Shown here: piece by piece, positions 59,804 to 64,000 of the stretch | Numbering within the stretch: position 1 is the stretch's first letter | How the letters are laid out: every line of letters begins with the position of its first letter | Origin: Oopsacas minuta | Taxonomy: Eukaryota > Animalia > Porifera | DNA: 64,000 bases | Assembly: GCA_024704765.1 (NCBI GenBank) | Contig: JAKMXF010000210.1 | Coordinates: 496,001 to 560,000 of the forward strand | Direction: 5' to 3' | The notes under the pieces: model-generated | The model's database searches: none | What the model was told of the DNA's origin: nothing | The model's input: the letters and a program-made list of their open reading frames with translations, nothing else | Made by a program: the position numbers and the translations under genes

Positions 59804-62800
59804 ATGAGATATGTCCTTGTGAGTATCCTATGTTGCGTATCTCTCTTCGCCCCGTTACTACTCGCTACTGACACTAACTGTACGTTAGGAGGATTAGATT
59901 TGAGTTCTCTATCCGGAGACTGGCAAACAGTTGGCTATGAGACATGTATCGGATGTAGCAGTAATGTGTATCTAAACCTGTCTATATGTAGTGCACTACA
60001 AGATCAAACATGTGGAGAGGGGGTGTCTGTCTGCTATTTGAATATTATATTGGAGAGTGTTACCCCAAAGGGAGTACCTGCTGGTAGCTATAGCTCTGAG
60101 TCTGTAGAGTATTTTAATGATAATAAAACAATGGAGATTACATTTGACTACCATCTACAGAATCATCAAGTAACATTATTTGTATTTTACTCTCTATTGT
60201 TTCGTTACTAACACACACATTCTTTATAGGGAACTACTACAATAGTACTTTTCTGTGGTAAACATTTAGGGATACCCATAGTCACAGACTCTACCATAGA
60301 ATCATTTCACATGTTGATAGAATGGGAGACTAATGCTCTGTGTAAATCTGTAGATGTGATAGAGAATAAATGCTACTTAGTGCTGTATGATTACGCTTAT
60401 TTCCAGCCTTATCTGTATGATTTTACTCCTCTCATTAAGACTAAAGGCGCTTATATTATCACACAGAACGGAGATTCTACTAAATACGCTCTTAATCTCT
60501 GTCAAGAAATAGTACCAGATTCAGGGGCTGTTTCTCTAACTGGGTGTGAAGGCGCTGTATTATGTAGACTGAGTGATACAGGTAATCATCAGCTGATTCT
60601 AGCAGGTAGTACAGATGGATTACAGAGTGTAGGAGGAGTTATTTCTATTATATACTCGTCTACTCTTACTGACCAATCTCAAGTAAGTTAGATTTATACG
60701 GACGCGAGCCCTCATAACATGATGTTATGATCTGTATGTGTAGTGTAACGGTGATGCTATTCTGAGTATATTTTTCCACTGTCCATACGAGTTTGACGTA
60801 TCTCCAGGCCCCAGATTAGTAGTAAGAGACTCTGTATGCTATTTCCACATAGACTGGTACACTGAACACGCTTGTGCTCAGAAATACACTAAGAGTGAAG
60901 GCTGTGTGATAGAAGGAACTACTAATAATCCTTTCAAGTTTGATCTAACCCCTTTAGGAAACCTATACTCTATTACTGGAGCAGACTACACTTATGATAT
61001 AATTATATGTACTGATACAGGTGTGGATTGTGGTACAGGGACTGCAAAGGTTTGGCTTTAATTAGAAAACTGTCATATATTGTGTTCTATATTCACGTTT
61101 TCATATTTGTTGTATTACAAATTTAGAATAATTATAACTTAATTATTTTGAAATATTTGAGTTTTTAGGTTTGTCAGAAGAAAGCTGATAACTTCGCGAA
61201 GAGTTTAGGATCAGATAACGGAGAGTTGTACTACGCAGATGGAGAATTAACTCTCTCTTATCATCGCGGAGATGTTTGTAGCTCGAATTATCAGAGGTCT
61301 TCAATATTTCGATTTGTTTGCTCTCAGAATAGCTCGCTAGGTCCTAGTTTCGTAGAGGAGGATCATTGTAGTTATTTCTTTGAATGGCCTACTCCATTAG
61401 CCTGTATATCGAGCACTACACAGACAGGGACATGTCAGGATATCACGTATGGACAATCAAGATACGATCTGTCATACTTAAAGCGAGGAGAAGAGAGTAA
61501 CTGGGTAGCTGGTATAGGAGCTAATCTCATTACAGAAGCTAAGAGCAGATTTATCCTCAACTTGTGTGGAACACTTAATTCGGGAGGAAGTGACCAGAGC
61601 TCTGCACCGCATGAGTGTGTAAGCTACGGAGTATGTGAAATAACAGGTATACTATTATTTTCAATAGCATTTTATTTCTGTGATATAACGATACTATTAT
61701 TTAGAGACTGGAGATGCGTATGGTATTGGAAAGTTTAACAATGTATTTGCTCGTACTGGTAATGTACTAGTAGTGGAGTATACGGATGGTGTGTGTCCCA
61801 CTCACAGCGATAAGGTAGCTAGAGTGAACCTAGTTATCATCTGCAGAATAGGCGTAACGGATAGCTCTCCTGTCTATGTGGGTATGCTTGAGGAATGTTT
61901 CTATGAATTCCAATGGGAACATACAGCAGCATGTCCTACTGCTAATCATGTTACTTATGGAGATGAGTGTAAGGTAAATACGGATATGTGTGTATTTATT
62001 CTATGGTATATTATTATTATTATTATTATATGTAGGTACGAGATCCTTCTACCCTCTATACCTACAATCTGTCACCACTCAGTGATGCTGTATACAGTCT
62101 TGTGTCAAACTCTTATACATACAGACTGTCTATATGTTCAGCTCTCGGAGACTCTGTTAGCAGTGAGTGTACTGCAGCAGGAGCTTGTCAGACCAAGGGC
62201 ACTACTTCTCACTCATTAGGAGGACCTAACTCAACTCTAACCTTTGCTAATGGGAGTCTTCAAATGAGTTATGAGGGGGGAGACACATGCAGTGGAGGTG
62301 TAAAGAGGATGACACTTGTATCATTTACATGTGACCTCAATACCACTGGGATTAAAGAGGCAGGTTGTGTATAGCTAACGTATCCATGGTGTTTATACGG
62401 TCTTTACAGGTAGAAGACCCAGAGGTTTCACATTGTTCTTATTTCTTCATTTTCTATACTGACAAAGCCTGCCCTTTCGAATACTTATTTGTTGACTGTT
62501 CTTACACAGATACAAGCGGACACACATTTGACTTATCACCTCTCATCAGACAGTTTGATAACTGGAATGGCACAGTCACTAGTGGTATAACATCTGCTTT
62601 TTCGAGTGCTAAGTTCTATTTGAATGTATGTCGACCTGTAACTAATATCCCAGGCTGTCATCCCTTGAGTTCTGCTTGTATGAGCATACAAGTTGGAGAA
62701 GATATGAAATGGGTGAGTACTGGATATGATAAGAAATCAACTTCTTATATATTGTATTATATGATTTTCTTAGGCCAGCATTGGTAAGCCTAAGACAGGC

Positions 62801-64000
62801 TTGAAGCCACTAGCGGGTAATGTTCATAACGGACTGAGAATTCTATACACAGAAGATGAGCCTCTAGATCTTGCTGGGGTGTGTGACGTTACCAAACCAC
62901 AGACTGGAATTACGTTTTTGTGTCCGAAGAGCAGTGAAACTTCTAAACTTGATTATCCACGGTTGATTGGGGTGGATATCAGTGGATGTATATTCGAATT
63001 TGAGTGGTACACAAAGCTAGCCTGTACTGAAACAGGAACACCTGTGTCTACTCCATGTGCTTTCCAGGACCCTGTTAGTGGATTTGTATTCTCTTTATTG
63101 TCTCTAGAAGGTACAACACCAGTGAAATATGATGGTGAGTTATTTTATACAATAAAACATCATAGAAATGCCGTGAGCACTTGAATACTTGAAGCAAAGT
63201 TTCGCGAAGTTTCGTACCTGAAAGGATATGCGCAAGGGTGCTTATTCAGTCAGAAAATTAGCCACGTATGCTCGTGAATTACTTAATTAACTTTTGCTGT
63301 AAAATTGCGCAAAAAAAATGCCCACGACAGGGATCGAACCTATGACATTCGGCTTATTAGACCGACGCTCTAACCAACTGAGCTACGTAGACAAATATTA
63401 TATTTTAATTCTAATTCAAAACTTTGTTAGTTGTCTTTCCAGTTCATCTAGACAAAAAGACTGCCCCCGACAGGGCTCGAACCTGTGACCTTGGGCTTAT
63501 TAGACCCACGCTCTAACCGACTGAGCTACGAGGGCAGATAATATTCCTTTCCAATTCACCAATTTTTATATCATGTTACAATTACACCCTTTCTATAGAG
63601 AATACAAACGCTGACTCTCCTTTCTTCTACCTATCTATATGCTCTACTATTGACTCAGATCTCCTTCAATCTTCTATAAACCCAAAGTCTGGGGCTGTTC
63701 TTCTTTACCCAAATACTGTATCTGATGCTAAGAACTCGAGTTTAGGAGAAGCTAACTCAAACCTGTTGTACAGTGATAGTGAGCTAATACAGCTCAGATA
63801 CATTGAAGGAAGTGCATGTTCAAGTGGCAAGGTTATGTATTAATGTTCACTTCCTTCATGAATACAATTGTTATTATTCTTATCGTTTTTCAGAAATCAA
63901 CTCTAATCACCTTTGTGTGTTCACATCTTATAGCCTCGAGTGTGTCTTACATTAGCTCTCTGCCATCAGATGACACCTGTCTATTTGAGTTTGAATACAA
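59804..64000 (+). CDS. IGF2R: Cation-independent mannose-6-phosphate receptor (MPR300), multi-exon, 3'-truncated by the window edge
   Basis: Signal peptide followed by ~7 MRH repeats (YDLSPL..F.LN.C; C..CSY.F.W.T..AC) across exons separated by short introns. Confidence 0.88.
63319..63392 (-). tRNA. tRNA-Ile(AAT), copy 1
   Basis: 74-nt cloverleaf GTCTACG TA GCTC AGTTGGTTA GAGC G TCGGT CTAATAA GCCGA ATGTC ATAGG TTCGATC CCTGT CGTGGGC A, immediately followed by a T8 Pol III terminator. Confidence 0.9.
63462..63535 (-). tRNA. tRNA-Ile(AAT), copy 2
   Basis: 74-nt cloverleaf GCCCTCG TA GCTC AGTCGGTTA GAGC G TGGGT CTAATAA GCCCA AGGTC ACAGG TTCGAGC CCTGT CGGGGGC A, with a T5 terminator 3 nt downstream. 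Confidence 0.92.

Noticed and set aside
1-64000. CRISPR arrays, rRNA, autonomous transposons or prokaryotic defence systems
   Set aside because: No repeat-spacer arrays, rRNA signatures or transposase/RT ORFs were seen, and the window is clearly spliceosomal eukaryotic DNA.

Overview
This is AT-rich, very gene-dense animal DNA. Short introns, mostly intronless genes and animal-specific gene content suggest a compact early-branching animal such as a glass sponge; the taxon is inferred, not proven. I support 27 protein-coding genes, two tRNA-Ile(AAT) genes lying antisense in an intron, one Tc1/mariner-type MITE and a short tandem repeat. The genes are RIMBP-like, SDHAF4, a transglutaminase, two giant Ig-collagen-3xVWA paralogues, POLR3K, TMTC3, ATPAF1, VWA5A-like, RFC3, a divergent MCCC2-like gene, an AKR, ANKMY2, an orphan, a Maf/CNC-like bZIP, a TLC-like membrane protein, a divergent alpha-tubulin, FAM214/Atos, muscleblind, TSEN54, UBL4A-like, DPH1, an ankyrin-TRP-like channel, RAB5, a RAP-domain protein, SUCO and CI-MPR/IGF2R. 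Four signals stand out. (1) Two ~1,750-aa secreted Ig-collagen-VWA proteins lie 17,056 bp apart; their triple-helix register is identical (31+2+20) while their composition differs strongly, they share a 448-bp tract with only 2 mismatches, and one sits next to an intact transglutaminase. (2) Co-oriented genes are separated by as little as 109-146 nt and often have a splice-acceptor-like YAG just before the ATG, which suggests operons resolved by spliced-leader trans-splicing. (3) RAB5 has a U12-type intron with AT-AA termini that the reading frame requires. (4) Several conserved families are remodelled (triple-Ubl UBL4A, K40-less tubulin, half-degenerate MCCC2, TRP-like channel with an atypical pore). 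All counts and alignments were done by hand; no database searches were run.
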